A DNA stretch of 54,146 nt from Candidatus Shapirobacteria bacterium (GTDB lineage Bacteria > Patescibacteriota > Microgenomatia > UBA12405 > UBA6130): positions 1 through 54,146 of the forward strand of contig JALWDZ010000005.1 of NCBI GenBank assembly GCA_027039485.1. Reading direction: 5' to 3'. Position 1 is the stretch's first letter. Every line of letters starts with the position of its first letter. Position numbers and translations under genes: made by a program. The notes beneath the pieces were generated by a model, which had not been told where the DNA came from, did not search any database, and saw only the letters and a list, made by a program, of their open reading frames with translations. Shown here piece by piece: positions 1 to 10,316 of this stretch.

Positions 1-1
1 C

Positions 2-2593
2 ACCCAAGCCGAGGCTATTTTGTTCCTCAAAGAGCGCTTTTTTGACCTCCAGTTAGATTACTTCCGGCCGGCCGGCAACCCTTACAAATTTCTCCACGGC
101 CTCATCCGCCATTTTTCCCGCCTCCGCGACGAGGACATTTCCCCGGCTGCTTACGCCGCCTTCGCCAAAAAGCAGCTGGCCCAAGCAAAAACGGACGCCG
201 ACCGCCTCGAAGCCAAAAAAATCCAAGAATTGGCCCATGCTTACCAAAAATACCAGGAATGGAAACTAGCCGCCGGCAAATTAGATTTTGCCGATCTTAT
301 CGCCCAAACTTTGCGCCTTTTCCGCCAGCGCCCCAATATTCTCGCCGCCTACCGCCAACGGTGGCGTTATTTCCTTGTCGATGAATTTCAAGACACCAAC
401 ATTGCCCAATACGAGCTCATCAAGCTCCTCGCCCCGCCAGGGCCCAAGGCTCCTTTGACCGTGGCCGGCGATGATTCCCAATCAATCTACAAGTTCCGCG
501 GGGCCGCCATTTCCAACATCCTCACCTTCCGGGACGACTACCCCCAAGCCAAAACGGTGGTCCTCACCAAAAATTACCGCTCCTCCCAGCTCATTCTTGA
601 CCACGCCTATCGCCTCATCAAGCATAATGATCCCGACACTTTAGAGGCCCGGCTGGGCATCAGCAAAAATCTCCAGGCCCAGCGCCGGATTAAAAACGTC
701 CCCATCGCCTTCTTTTTTCCCGACCGCGGCGAGGAAGAAGCGGAAATGGTGGCCAAAGAAATCCAAAAGCTTACCCGCCGCCGCTACCGCTACCAAGATA
801 TCGCCATCCTTGTCCGGGCTAACAACCAGGCCGACCCCTTCCTCCGCGCCCTCCAGCGCCACCACCTCCCCTACCAATTTCTCGGCCCCGGCCAGCTTTT
901 CCACCAGCCAGAAATCAAAGACCTCATCGCCTATCTTCTCTTTCTCTATGATCCCACCAACAATCCGGCTCTTTTCCGCGTTCTCACCATGGCCCATTTC
1001 CAGCTGCCCGGCCGTGATCTGGCCCTCTTGCGCAGCTTCGCCCACCGCTACAACCTCCATCTTTTCGAAGCTCTGGAGAGCATCCAAAAGCCTCGCCCCG
1101 ACCAGCAAGTGCCCCGTTTCCAAACAAAAACCTTAGCCACCTTAGAAAAATTCTTGGCCATGGCCCAGCGCCATCTCGACCGCAGCCGCCGCGAGTCAGG
1201 CGGCCAACTTCTTTACTATTTCCTCCAAGACAGCGGTCTCTTAACCAGCCTCCTCAACCCCAAAACCGAACCCGACCAGCAGCGGGGCCTCAACATTGCC
1301 AAATTTTTCGACAAAATCAAAGCTTTTGAAAGCCAAAACCGCCACGCCAATCTCGAAGATTTAGTAACCTGGATTAACCTCAAATTAGAACTTGGCGAAA
1401 GCCCGCTGGCCAGCGAAATCGACTGGAGCGAGAATAATGCCGTCAACATTTTATCGGTCCACTCGGCCAAGGGGTTGGAATTCCCGGTTGTTTTCATGGT
1501 CAACCTGGTCAACCAACGTTTTCCAACCAGCAACCGCCGCGAACAAATTCCCATTCCCCAGCCGCTCATCAAAGAAATTCTCCCCCAAGGCGATCCCCAC
1601 CAAGAGGAAGAACGGCGCCTTTTCTATGTTGGCATGACCCGAGCCCGCGATCGCCTTTACTTCAGCGGGGCCAAATTTTATGGCGACGGCAAATTAGCTA
1701 AAAAGCCTTCCCTTTTTGTCAGCGAAGCCCTCGGCGATAACCTCCAGCCTAGCCAACCGGCCAGCAACGCCCAGCTTTCTTTTTTGGACTGGAGCCAAGA
1801 AGAACCGCGGCCGCGGCCGGCCCAGCTCAACCCCCCGGTCAGCTACCTTTCCTACTCGCAAATGGATGCCTTTGCCATCTGCCCCCGCCAGTACAAGTAT
1901 AAATATGTCCTCCGCATTCCTACCCCGCCGTCGGCAGCGCAAACTTTTGGCAATGTTATCCACAAAACTCTTAAGATGTTTTACCAACAGCAGCTAGAAA
2001 AAGAAAAGCCGCTCCAGTTAGCTGATCTTTGGCAGCTCCTTGACCAAAATTGGTCCAGCGAAGGCTTCCGGTCCAAAAAAGAAGAGGAAATCAGCCGCCG
2101 TAAAGCTAGAAAAATGTTGCGCCAGTTTTACCACCAGGCTTTTCGGCCTGAGCAGGCAGGCAATATCCTTGCCCTAGAGCAGCCTTTTTCTTTCCGCTTG
2201 ACGCCGACTTTGAAAATTGGCGGGGTTATTGACCGCGTCGACCGCTTGCCCAACCAGGAAATTGAAATTATTGATTACAAAACCGGCGCCCGGGTGCCCA
2301 ATCAAAAAGATGTCGACCACAACGACCAGCTTACCCTTTACGCTCTGGCTGCTTCCCAAATCAAAAGTCTGCCTTTCCACCGCCCCATTGAAAAAATCCG
2401 CCTCTCCCTTTATTTCCTCGACGCCGGGGTAAAAATTTCCAGCCGCCGCAGCCAAGAACAGCTTGACGCTTTCCGGCAAAAAGTCATCAATTTAGCTAAA
2501 GAGCTGGAAACTACTGATTTTCCCCCAAAGCCCAACCGGCCCTTTCCCTGCGACCATTGCGAATTCCGCCTTCTTTGTGATGCCTGGCGTTAA
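2..2593 (+). CDS. UvrD/PcrA-family helicase fused to a C-terminal PD-(D/E)XK (RecB/AddB/AdnA-like) nuclease; 5' end lies outside the window
   Basis: Frame is open from the window start. SF1 motifs LVDEFQDTN, GDDSQSIYKFRGA, NYRSS, SVHSAKGLEFPVVF and EERRLFYVGMTRA. Nuclease part: YLSYSQM..CPRQY, GVIDRVD, IIDYKTG, QLTLY, and terminal CDHCEFRLLC. Confidence 0.9.
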   Translation, partial: TQAEAILFLKERFFDLQLDYFRPAGNPYKFLHGLIRHFSRLRDEDISPAAYAAFAKKQLAQAKTDADRLEAKKIQELAHAYQKYQEWKLAAGKLDFADLIAQTLRLFRQRPNILAAYRQRWRYFLVDEFQDTNIAQYELIKLLAPPGPKAPLTVAGDDSQSIYKFRGAAISNILTFRDDYPQAKTVVLTKNYRSSQLILDHAYRLIKHNDPDTLEARLGISKNLQAQRRIKNVPIAFFFPDRGEEEAEMVAKEIQKLTRRRYRYQDIAILVRANNQADPFLRALQRHHLPYQFLGPGQLFHQPEIKDLIAYLLFLYDPTNNPALFRVLTMAHFQLPGRDLALLRSFAHRYNLHLFEALESIQKPRPDQQVPRFQTKTLATLEKFLAMAQRHLDRSRRESGGQLLYYFLQDSGLLTSLLNPKTEPDQQRGLNIAKFFDKIKAFESQNRHANLEDLVTWINLKLELGESPLASEIDWSENNAVNILSVHSAKGLEFPVVFMVNLVNQRFPTSNRREQIPIPQPLIKEILPQGDPHQEEERRLFYVGMTRARDRLYFSGAKFYGDGKLAKKPSLFVSEALGDNLQPSQPASNAQLSFLDWSQEEPRPRPAQLNPPVSYLSYSQMDAFAICPRQYKYKYVLRIPTPPSAAQTFGNVIHKTLKMFYQQQLEKEKPLQLADLWQLLDQNWSSEGFRSKKEEEISRRKARKMLRQFYHQAFRPEQAGNILALEQPFSFRLTPTLKIGGVIDRVDRLPNQEIEIIDYKTGARVPNQKDVDHNDQLTLYALAASQIKSLPFHRPIEKIRLSLYFLDAGVKISSRRSQEQLDAFRQKVINLAKELETTDFPPKPNRPFPCDHCEFRLLCDAWR

Positions 2594-3645
2594 AACCGCC
2601 GCCGCCAACGGAGCCAGCGCCAGCGCCAGTCGTTAAGCCAGTTATAAAGCCGATATTCTTGGGGGCGGAGAACTAAATCCCAGCTGCCGACAAATTCCAC
2701 CAGCTCGGGGCCGTAACCCAACTTGAAGCGGTGGAAGCCATACCAAGGGTCAGTCGGCGCCACTTCCGGCCCGGGACTACCCCAAAGGTCAAACTGGCGA
2801 TACTGATGTTGCTGGCCATATTGGATAACTCGCCAGCAAAGGAGATTTGAAGCCATTACTTCGCGGTGCTGGGTACTCGAAGCGCCATAAGGGTAGAAAA
2901 GCCGCCCTTTATAGCCAAAAATAATCCAGGCGGCTAGGGGCTGCTTTTGGTACTCTGCCAAAAAGAGATGGGCCATGCCGCTCGGGCCTAGAATTTGCCA
3001 CATCCGGCGGAAATATTGCCGGTTGTGGAGGTAAAAATGCTGCCGCTGGGTGGTCTCGAAAAGAAGATTAAGAAAAATCTCCAAAGCCGACGGCGAGTTG
3101 TCTTCCCGAACGGTTACCCCCTTGCGCTCGGCCAGGCGAATATTGTAACGGGTTTTGGGATGCATGTTAGCCAAAAGTTGGTCTTCGCTCTGGGTTAGGT
3201 CCAGCCAAAAGGTATATTTAGGGAAAAGGGGGCGGTGAGCCGGCAGCAACCCTAAATTAGCAGCAGCAAAATCAGGCTTTTCATCCCGGGGATCTAGCAG
3301 ATGGCCGCGCTGGTTGGGCCAGCGGCGTTGGACAATTTCCGGCTCGATTAAAATGGCCAGGGCCTGGTGATCTTTACCCAAACTCTGGAGCATGGCCATT
3401 TCTTCCCGGGAAAGTTCCTGGCTGCGGGGGAAATAGCCAATTTCCCGATGCAGCGAGGGCAACGGCAGAGGGTGAAAGAATACCTGCCAAACCTTTTCCA
3501 GCCGCCCATTCTGAAAAACCCCCACCCGTTCCACCCGGGCGCCGTTGGCAGCTTTAAAATCGCCCCAGGCCCAACTCTGCACCGGATGGCGGGCTAATTT
3601 CTCGTAGGCATCCTTTTCTTCCGGCAAAATCCGGCGAATAATCAT
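2590..3645 (-). CDS. FemABX-family peptidoglycan peptidyltransferase (lipid II:amino acid transferase)
   Basis: HPVQSWAWGDFK, KTRYNIRLAERKGV, YPYGAS, FDLWG and GFHRFKLGYG motifs. Start moved to ATG 3645 because the longer ORF runs into repeat DNA and TACAAT lies 5 nt upstream. Confidence 0.88.
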   Translation of the reverse strand: MIIRRILPEEKDAYEKLARHPVQSWAWGDFKAANGARVERVGVFQNGRLEKVWQVFFHPLPLPSLHREIGYFPRSQELSREEMAMLQSLGKDHQALAILIEPEIVQRRWPNQRGHLLDPRDEKPDFAAANLGLLPAHRPLFPKYTFWLDLTQSEDQLLANMHPKTRYNIRLAERKGVTVREDNSPSALEIFLNLLFETTQRQHFYLHNRQYFRRMWQILGPSGMAHLFLAEYQKQPLAAWIIFGYKGRLFYPYGASSTQHREVMASNLLCWRVIQYGQQHQYRQFDLWGSPGPEVAPTDPWYGFHRFKLGYGPELVEFVGSWDLVLRPQEYRLYNWLNDWRWRWLRWRRRF

Positions 3646-3671
3646 ATTCCATTGTAACACCACAAAACACT

Positions 3672-3986
3672 CTAAATTCCAAATTCCCTGCCCCGACTCC
3701 GCCATCCGGCGGACGTCGGGGCAAACCCTAAATCCTAATGACCTAAATCCTAAACAATGACCAAATTACCAAATGACCAAATGACCAAAACCTTGTCATC
3801 CTGAACGAAGCCGAAGGTGGATTTATTCCACCGAAGTGGGGGGCTTCGTCGCTTCACTCCTCAGGATAACGAAATACCGAGCTCCAAGTTCCAAGTTCCG
3901 AGCTCCATTTTTCACTTCAACTTCTTTTCCACTTTGCACTTTACATTTTAATTTTTCCTAGCTCCTAGCTCTTAGTTCCTAGTTCC
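3672..3986. repeat. Composite intergenic repeat island A
   Basis: Nested hairpin tgccccgac-tccgccatccggcgga-c-gtcggggca (3689-3723); CCTAAAT/CCAAATGA array (3723-3791); gtcatcctga...tcaggataac palindrome (3795-3870); CC(A/G)AG(T/C)T heptamers; pyrimidine-rich ttcactt tract; TCCTAG(C/T) heptamers. Confidence 0.9.
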
Positions 3987-3999
3987 GCTATAATGAGAC

Positions 4000-4539
4000 A
4001 TGAAGAAATTCTGTTTGGCGGGCGGGGTTATTCTTTTGCTTTTCATTTTTTTCTTTGCTAAAAATAAACTAAGGAGGCCGGCTATGCCCGAAGGAACAAT
4101 TGTCGTAACTAGTCCGGCATTTGCCAACGGGGCTTTTATCCCCCGCCGCTATACCTGCCAAGGCGAGGATATTAACCCTCCTCTCCATTGGGAAAATATT
4201 CCCGAAAATGCCCAATCTTTAGCCCTTATCGTCGACGATCCCGATGCGCCGGCCGGCACCTGGACCCACTGGCTAGTTTGGAATATCGACCCTAAAACCG
4301 ATGGCATTCCCGCCAATAGCCTGCCGCCGGGCGTTAATTTGGGCAAAAACGATTTCCAAAAATTGGCCTACGGTGGTCCTTGCCCTCCCAGCGGCACCCA
4401 CCGCTATTTTTTCCGCCTCTTTGCCCTGGATGCCCGCCTTAATTTGCCCAATGGCAGTTCCCGGGCTGATTTGGAAAAAGTCATTGCCGGCCACATTTTA
4501 GCCCAGGGTGCCCTCATAGGACGCTACCAAAAAGAATAA
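4000..4539 (+). CDS. YbhB/YbcL family PEBP (Raf kinase inhibitor-like) protein with N-terminal membrane anchor
   Basis: DDPDAP, WTHWLVWNI, YGGPCPPSGTHRYFFRLFALD motifs. Confidence 0.92.
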   Translation: MKKFCLAGGVILLLFIFFFAKNKLRRPAMPEGTIVVTSPAFANGAFIPRRYTCQGEDINPPLHWENIPENAQSLALIVDDPDAPAGTWTHWLVWNIDPKTDGIPANSLPPGVNLGKNDFQKLAYGGPCPPSGTHRYFFRLFALDARLNLPNGSSRADLEKVIAGHILAQGALIGRYQKE

Positions 4540-5061
4540 ATGAAACTTAACCGCCGCCTATTAACGCTTGTCTTTTCGGGCGCCGTTTTCTTTGGTTTTT
4601 TAACCAGCTTTTTCCTCCAATTCCAGCGGTCCCTGCCAGCCCAGTCGCCCCAACGCTACCAAGCTCAAGTAGCCTTTGTCATTGACGGCGATACCATTGT
4701 TCTCGCCAACGGCCAACATCTTCGCTACTTAGGTATTGACGCCCCCGAAGACACCCGCCACCACAATTGTTTTGGCCACCAGGCCACTTTAGCCAACCGC
4801 CGCTTGGTTAACCACCAGCAAATCACCATCCAAACAGACCAAGAAAAATATGATCCCTACGGCCGGCTGCTGGCTTATGTTTGGCGGGGCAATATTTTTG
4901 TCAATGATTACCTGGCCCGCCAGGGTTACGCTCGTTTGGAGCTCATTCCGCCCAATTTAAAATATGCCCGCGAACTAACCCAGGCCGTCCAAGAAGCGCG
5001 CCAAGAACGCCGCGGCCTCTGGGGCCACTGTTCTACCAACTATCGACATCATCATCAATAG
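4540..5061 (+). CDS. Membrane-anchored thermonuclease (SNase family)
   Basis: VIDGDTI, RYLGIDAPE, DPYGRLLAYVW, A...RRGLW motifs; N-terminal TM helix. Confidence 0.92.
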   Translation: MKLNRRLLTLVFSGAVFFGFLTSFFLQFQRSLPAQSPQRYQAQVAFVIDGDTIVLANGQHLRYLGIDAPEDTRHHNCFGHQATLANRRLVNHQQITIQTDQEKYDPYGRLLAYVWRGNIFVNDYLARQGYARLELIPPNLKYARELTQAVQEARQERRGLWGHCSTNYRHHHQ

Positions 5062-6841
5062 CCAGAAGATGGGGTGGAATTTCGGCCAAAAATTGTGACG
5101 GCCCACCGGCTTGGCGGCGGCCAAAGCGAAACCGGCGCCGGGCATAACTCAGGTAAAGGCGTTCCTTAGCCCGAGTAATGCCAACATAACAGAGACGGCG
5201 CTCTTCTTCCAGTTTTTCCGGATCTCCTTGACTCCGGCTATCAGGAAAAATGCCGCTTTCCAGGCCGGTCAAAAAGACGGCCCGAAATTCTAGCCCCTTG
5301 CTGGCGTGGATAGTCATCAGCCGGACCGCCCCCTGGCTCGAAAAATCGTCCCCGGCTTCGCCTTGGACCAAAGCAGCGTTATTTAAAAAATCGCCTAGTT
5401 GGGGATACTGCTGGCTGACATTGAAAAGCTCTTCAATATTTTGCCGCCGGCGGTGGTTTTCTGGCGTCTCCCGCCGCAACTTCTCCAAATAGCCGCTAGC
5501 CGGCACAATAGCCTCCAGCAATTCCCCGGTAGTTTTAGTCCAGGGAGCATGGTCGGCTACAAATTGGCGCACCCTTTCCTGGCGGCGGATTCCCATATTT
5601 TCCCGAATCCGCTCCCAAGCCAAAGTGTCATCAGGCTGGTACATCACCCGTAAAAGCGCCAAAATATCTTTCACCTCGGCCCGATTGTAAAAGCCAACGC
5701 CACCAACCAAAATGTAGGGAATTTGGCGGCGAAAGAAAATTTCTTCAAAGATACGTGACTGGGCGTTAGTGCGGTAAAGGACGGCCATCTCGTTAAAATT
5801 CCAGCCCTGGTCACCAAGCCAATCAATTTGGTCGGCCACAAATTTAGCTTCTTCTATTTCCGTCGCTGCCGGATAGAGGACAATTTTTTCGCCCGGCCCT
5901 CGTTGGGACCGGAGATGGAGGACCGGATGGCGACGGTTATGGGCAATAACCGCATCGGCAGCTGCTAAAATATTGGCCGTGGACCGGTAGTTTTCTTCCA
6001 AATTCACCGTAGCCATCTCGGGAAAATCGCGCCGTAAAGAAAGCAGGTTATGGTAATCCGCCCCTCGCCAGCCATAGATTGCCTGGGAAGCATCGCCAAC
6101 CACGGTTAAATTTTGCCCCCGGGCCAACAACTTCGTTAACTGGTATTGGCTTTTATTGGTATCTTGATACTCATCGATCAGGAGATAGCGGTAGCGGCGG
6201 CGGTATTTTTCTAAAACCGGAGGATAATTTTGCCACAGCTGGACCGTCTTAAAGAGAAGGTCGGCAAAATCCAATGCTTTCTGCTGGGTTAGAGCCTTTT
6301 GGTAGGCCTGGTAAATCTCCCCTACCTGGCGCTGGTAGCTATTTTCGGCTGTCGCCAGAAACTCAGCCGCATCCCAAAGGTTATTTTTCAGCCGGCTAAT
6401 CTTGGCCCGCAATTTAGCGGCCGGCCACTCTTTCTCATCCCGGTGGAATTTTTTCAAAATTTTTTGGAGAAGCCGCTTTTGGTCATTCTCGTCATAAATA
6501 ACAAAGTTAGGGTCAACGCCTATCTTAGCTCCATCCTGGCGCAAGACTTGGACAGCAAAAGAGTGGAAGGTGCCGGCAAAAATGCCCCGGCCAGTCATTT
6601 TTATCTGTAACCTTCCCAATAGCTGCCGCAACCGCTGGCGCATTTCTCCAGCCGCTTTGTTGGTAAAAGTTAACAACAAAATATTTTCCGGGGCCACATT
6701 TTTCTCGGCAATTAACCAAGCCGCTCGGTAAGTTAAAACCCGCGTCTTGCCACTGCCGGCGCCAGCCAAGACCAAAAGCTGGCGGCCGTCATAAGTCACT
6801 GCTTTCCGTTGGGCTGGATTCAAATCCTGCCAAAAATCCAT
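5033..6841 (-). CDS. pcrA: ATP-dependent DNA helicase PcrA/UvrD
   Basis: LNPAQ, AGAGSGKT, TFTNKAA, DEYQDTN, MTIHASKGLEF, EERRLCYVGITRA. Confidence 0.9.
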   Translation of the reverse strand: MDFWQDLNPAQRKAVTYDGRQLLVLAGAGSGKTRVLTYRAAWLIAEKNVAPENILLLTFTNKAAGEMRQRLRQLLGRLQIKMTGRGIFAGTFHSFAVQVLRQDGAKIGVDPNFVIYDENDQKRLLQKILKKFHRDEKEWPAAKLRAKISRLKNNLWDAAEFLATAENSYQRQVGEIYQAYQKALTQQKALDFADLLFKTVQLWQNYPPVLEKYRRRYRYLLIDEYQDTNKSQYQLTKLLARGQNLTVVGDASQAIYGWRGADYHNLLSLRRDFPEMATVNLEENYRSTANILAAADAVIAHNRRHPVLHLRSQRGPGEKIVLYPAATEIEEAKFVADQIDWLGDQGWNFNEMAVLYRTNAQSRIFEEIFFRRQIPYILVGGVGFYNRAEVKDILALLRVMYQPDDTLAWERIRENMGIRRQERVRQFVADHAPWTKTTGELLEAIVPASGYLEKLRRETPENHRRRQNIEELFNVSQQYPQLGDFLNNAALVQGEAGDDFSSQGAVRLMTIHASKGLEFRAVFLTGLESGIFPDSRSQGDPEKLEEERRLCYVGITRAKERLYLSYARRRFRFGRRQAGGPSQFLAEIPPHLLAIDDDVDSW

Positions 6842-8856
6842 TAAAGCTTGTTGAGATAATAAATCTTATTCTTCCCTGCGCGAAAAACTACTTTGCCCCA
6901 ATCTTGAAAACGGGTTTCATCTAAATTGGGATAATGGTCGCGCTCGCGGCTGCCAATAACCACATAACGGACATAATATTTCTTGAGAAGATAACGGGCC
7001 AAAACTTTGTCTTTGCCCTGATAGATCAGCGCCACCTCTTTCTGGCGTCGGGCGGGAATCTCATAACCGCCGCGCCAAAGCCATTCGTGAACCAGCCAGC
7101 CTTCAACCGTTGGCAGGCCGGTGTAAGCCGAAAACCGGTCATCATGAGTATAACTTTGGCCAGCTGCTTCCAAGATCACCGGTTGGCCGCGAAGATGGTT
7201 AAGCCAGAGATAAAGCCGATAATCGGCGGGCATCTCTTGGCGAAACCAGCGGCGGCCATCCAGGCCTTGATAGCGTTTAATCGCCAATCGGCCATAATAG
7301 CCACGGACAGCAAAAACAATAAAGAGCAATTGGGCAGCTGCTCCCAAACCCATCACCACCAGAGCGAGGCGGGGCCACCAGCTGCTCGACTTGATAGCTA
7401 ACTGGCGGAAACGGGCTAAGACATAGCCACTGGCCAAAGCATAGAGAACAAAAGCCTGGTAGACCAATTTAAACATCGTGTTGGCCCGGTGGTAGCCGGC
7501 CGCATAGATATCGCGAACATAGATAACTTCCGGCAAAAAAACTAAAAATGTCGCCCAGACGGTCAGCGCCAAAATAAACCGGTCCATTTTCAGCCGTTTT
7601 TTCTGGCGGGCGAACATAATCCAATAGAAAGCAGCCACCAGCCAAAAGAATCCCCACAAAATGAGCAATTGCCACCAAAGGGAATGGGTCGGAGTAAAGG
7701 CAACCCCCTGGGTAATAGAATGGAAAGAAAGATAAAAGGGCAAGGCAGTTAGCAAAGCCGCTAACAAGGTTAGGCTGCCAAATTGCAACCAGCGGCGCCA
7801 GTTGTCTTTCCAATAAAAGCCGGTCACCAAAGCCAGGAGGCCGCCATAAATGGGAAAATCCCAGGCATTGGTGGTGAACATGACGCCCAAAAGCCAGCCC
7901 AAAAAGGCGGCCATCTCCCAGCGGAAACGGCGCCGAACCAGGATGCCCAAGCTAAAAAGAAAAAGCAAAACCAACGGCAAATCGTTAAGATGGGCATGGA
8001 GATCGGCAACAATAAAGGAATAACTGGGAAACTCATGAATCGTCCGGTCGTGGGGATTAGGCGGATAATAGCCAATGAAACGGGTAGCGTTAGGATACCA
8101 ATAATGAGCCGGGCCATCTTTGAGAACAAAAACAATGGTGTGCAAATTACCACCCAAAGTAAAGAGCAAAACTCCGACCAAAGCCGCCGCCCATAGAAAA
8201 CGCTTTTTCTCCAGTTGGCTAACCCGGTCGCTGAGCCAGCTTAAGACAAGCACTAAGCCGCCGCTAAAAGCAAGGGCAAAAATTGTGGCAATAAGAAGAT
8301 TGTAGGTAATGAATGAAGGAAGCCCGCTAAAAAGAGTTAAAACGGCGGCTTGGAAATGGCCGAAATAATAATAATTGATGCTCTGGCCGGCAAACCAGGG
8401 GTCAGCCGCCGGCAGCCAATGGCTCCGCAAAATAGAGTTGAGGAAGCCAAAATCCATGAATTTTTCTAGACCGTCGATATTTGGCTGGAAACCCCGCAAC
8501 AGGCTCCAGCCAACTAGAGCCAGGCCAAAAATGAGCTCGCTGGCAATTATAAATTCTATTTCACTTCTAGTTAGCCGGGGGCGGTCTCGCCAGATCAGCC
8601 AAATGCTAAACACTAAAAGTAACAAAACCATTAAGGAAATTGTTGCTAGGGAAAAAGGGAGAAGATGAAAGGTGGCCAGCCAGAAAACAGCATAACTAAT
8701 AATGGCTGTGGTGAGAATTTTGGCAAAAATCCAGCCAAAAGCCCAAAAGCGCCGCGGGGCTAATTTGCGCCAAAAAGAAAACGAAAGGCTACCCCAAAAA
8801 AGCAAAAATAACCACCAATGAAAGATAGTTCTCAAATTACCAAAAATAAGTTTCAT
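6841..8856 (-). CDS. DUF2298/YYY-type polytopic membrane protein, probable GT-C-fold glycosyltransferase
   Basis: EKFMDFGFLNS, DPWFAG..INYYYFGH, IHEFPSYSF..DLHAH, NTMFKL, GLPTVEGW..HE motifs and many TM helices. Start placed at the ATGA overlap. Confidence 0.75.
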   Translation of the reverse strand: MKLIFGNLRTIFHWWLFLLFWGSLSFSFWRKLAPRRFWAFGWIFAKILTTAIISYAVFWLATFHLLPFSLATISLMVLLLLVFSIWLIWRDRPRLTRSEIEFIIASELIFGLALVGWSLLRGFQPNIDGLEKFMDFGFLNSILRSHWLPAADPWFAGQSINYYYFGHFQAAVLTLFSGLPSFITYNLLIATIFALAFSGGLVLVLSWLSDRVSQLEKKRFLWAAALVGVLLFTLGGNLHTIVFVLKDGPAHYWYPNATRFIGYYPPNPHDRTIHEFPSYSFIVADLHAHLNDLPLVLLFLFSLGILVRRRFRWEMAAFLGWLLGVMFTTNAWDFPIYGGLLALVTGFYWKDNWRRWLQFGSLTLLAALLTALPFYLSFHSITQGVAFTPTHSLWWQLLILWGFFWLVAAFYWIMFARQKKRLKMDRFILALTVWATFLVFLPEVIYVRDIYAAGYHRANTMFKLVYQAFVLYALASGYVLARFRQLAIKSSSWWPRLALVVMGLGAAAQLLFIVFAVRGYYGRLAIKRYQGLDGRRWFRQEMPADYRLYLWLNHLRGQPVILEAAGQSYTHDDRFSAYTGLPTVEGWLVHEWLWRGGYEIPARRQKEVALIYQGKDKVLARYLLKKYYVRYVVIGSRERDHYPNLDETRFQDWGKVVFRAGKNKIYYLNKL

Positions 8857-9338
8857 TTTTGTCGCGGCCAAAAGTAATAAATTAGAAACAAGATTGTTCC
8901 CAAAATTAAACCGCCAAAAATATCAACCGGATAGTGAAGGCCAAAATACACCCGGCCATAGTTGACTAAAAAAATAACCGGCAAAAGAAGCAAAAGCCAC
9001 CACCAGCGGACCAGAAAAGCAAAACCAAGGACCAGAGCCGAACGAAGGCCGTGGCCAGAAGGGAAACTGCCCCACGAATAATGGCCCAACCAGGGCGGCG
9101 GCAGGCGGTGGAAGCGGTAAAAGGGGCGAGGCCAAGGAGAAAAATGCTTGCCCAAAATTTCAACTACTTCGGAAATTATCAACAGGCCAAAGAAAGCTAA
9201 AAAAGTTTTGGGCCGGCGGAGAAAAAAATAAGTTGCCAGCGCCAAAATTAAAATCCACAAAACCCAATGGGAAAAGAAAAACAAAACGGGAATAAAATGG
9301 CTGCTGGCTGGTTGCCAAAATAAAATTGCCTTTATCAT
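8853..9338 (-). CDS. PAP2-family membrane phosphatase
   Basis: K..(WP)RP, SFPSGH and GRVYFGLHYPVD catalytic motifs. Confidence 0.9.
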   Translation of the reverse strand: MIKAILFWQPASSHFIPVLFFFSHWVLWILILALATYFFLRRPKTFLAFFGLLIISEVVEILGKHFSPWPRPFYRFHRLPPPWLGHYSWGSFPSGHGLRSALVLGFAFLVRWWWLLLLLPVIFLVNYGRVYFGLHYPVDIFGGLILGTILFLIYYFWPRQK

Positions 9339-10300
9339 CTTGCCTTATATTTATACACCTGGAAAGAAACTAAGCCCAAAAAAACACCAAACCAAAGGGT
9401 GGAAAAACGGACCAAGAGGGTGGCTACTACTGCCAAACCGGCCGGCACATGGAGAAGGGCTATCAACAAGCCGGCAACAGTTGGCTCGGCAACGCCAATC
9501 CCTCCCGGCAAAGGAATACCAAAGCCAATTGCCGCCGAGAAAGAAAAAATAAAGAAAGTGGTCAAAAGCCAGTCTAAGGTGAACGGCCGGCCAACCACCT
9601 GAGCTATCAGATAACTGCTCCCGGTCATCTGCACCCCCCAAGCCACCAATCCTAGCAAGACGCCGATTGATAAAAAACGGGGCTGGGCCAAAAAAGCCGC
9701 CTGGTGGTATAAATTTAAAAATTTGCGAACCAGATAGCGATAGCGCCGCCCCAACCAGCGCTGGGGCCAACTGAGAATCTTCTCAGCATGGGCGGGGAAC
9801 TGCAAGCCAACCAAGAAAAAAACGCCTAAAAAAGATACGCCTAACAAAAGTGGTAGGCCGAGGCGAAAACGGAGCACTCCCAAAGTCATCAAAAGCAACA
9901 TCGCTAAGGCATCGGTAAACCTTTCCAAAACAACTACCGCTAAAGTTTTGCTTGCCCGTACCCCGGTAATTTGTTTCACCAGCCACGGCTTAAGTACCTC
10001 GCCAGTTCGGAGGGGAGTCACCACCGTTGCCAGACCGGAAAGGAAAATCAGAGCCGATTGTCGACGATAAAGAAGTTGTTTTGTTTTTTGATGCTCCAAA
10101 ACTCGGGTTAGAAAGAAGTGCCAGCGCCAAAAGCGGAAAAAATAGCTACCTAATGACGCCAAAAGGGCTAAAAGAAAAGGAGCTTGCCAAAACCAATGCC
10201 AATAAAAATGGTAGCGGTGCCAATCATTCCAAAAGGCAAAAACCAAAAATGTTAGGATAAAGAAAAGAAGGACGGTTAAAAATTCAAGCCGGAATTTCAT
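9335..10300 (-). CDS. Lysylphosphatidylglycerol-synthase TM-domain (flippase-like) protein
   Basis: RFWRW, TPLRTGEVLK, ERFTD, PGGIGVAE motifs; polytopic. Confidence 0.82.
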   Translation of the reverse strand: MKFRLEFLTVLLFFILTFLVFAFWNDWHRYHFYWHWFWQAPFLLALLASLGSYFFRFWRWHFFLTRVLEHQKTKQLLYRRQSALIFLSGLATVVTPLRTGEVLKPWLVKQITGVRASKTLAVVVLERFTDALAMLLLMTLGVLRFRLGLPLLLGVSFLGVFFLVGLQFPAHAEKILSWPQRWLGRRYRYLVRKFLNLYHQAAFLAQPRFLSIGVLLGLVAWGVQMTGSSYLIAQVVGRPFTLDWLLTTFFIFSFSAAIGFGIPLPGGIGVAEPTVAGLLIALLHVPAGLAVVATLLVRFSTLWFGVFLGLVSFQVYKYKAR

Positions 10301-10316
10301 TTTGGCTCAGTATAGC

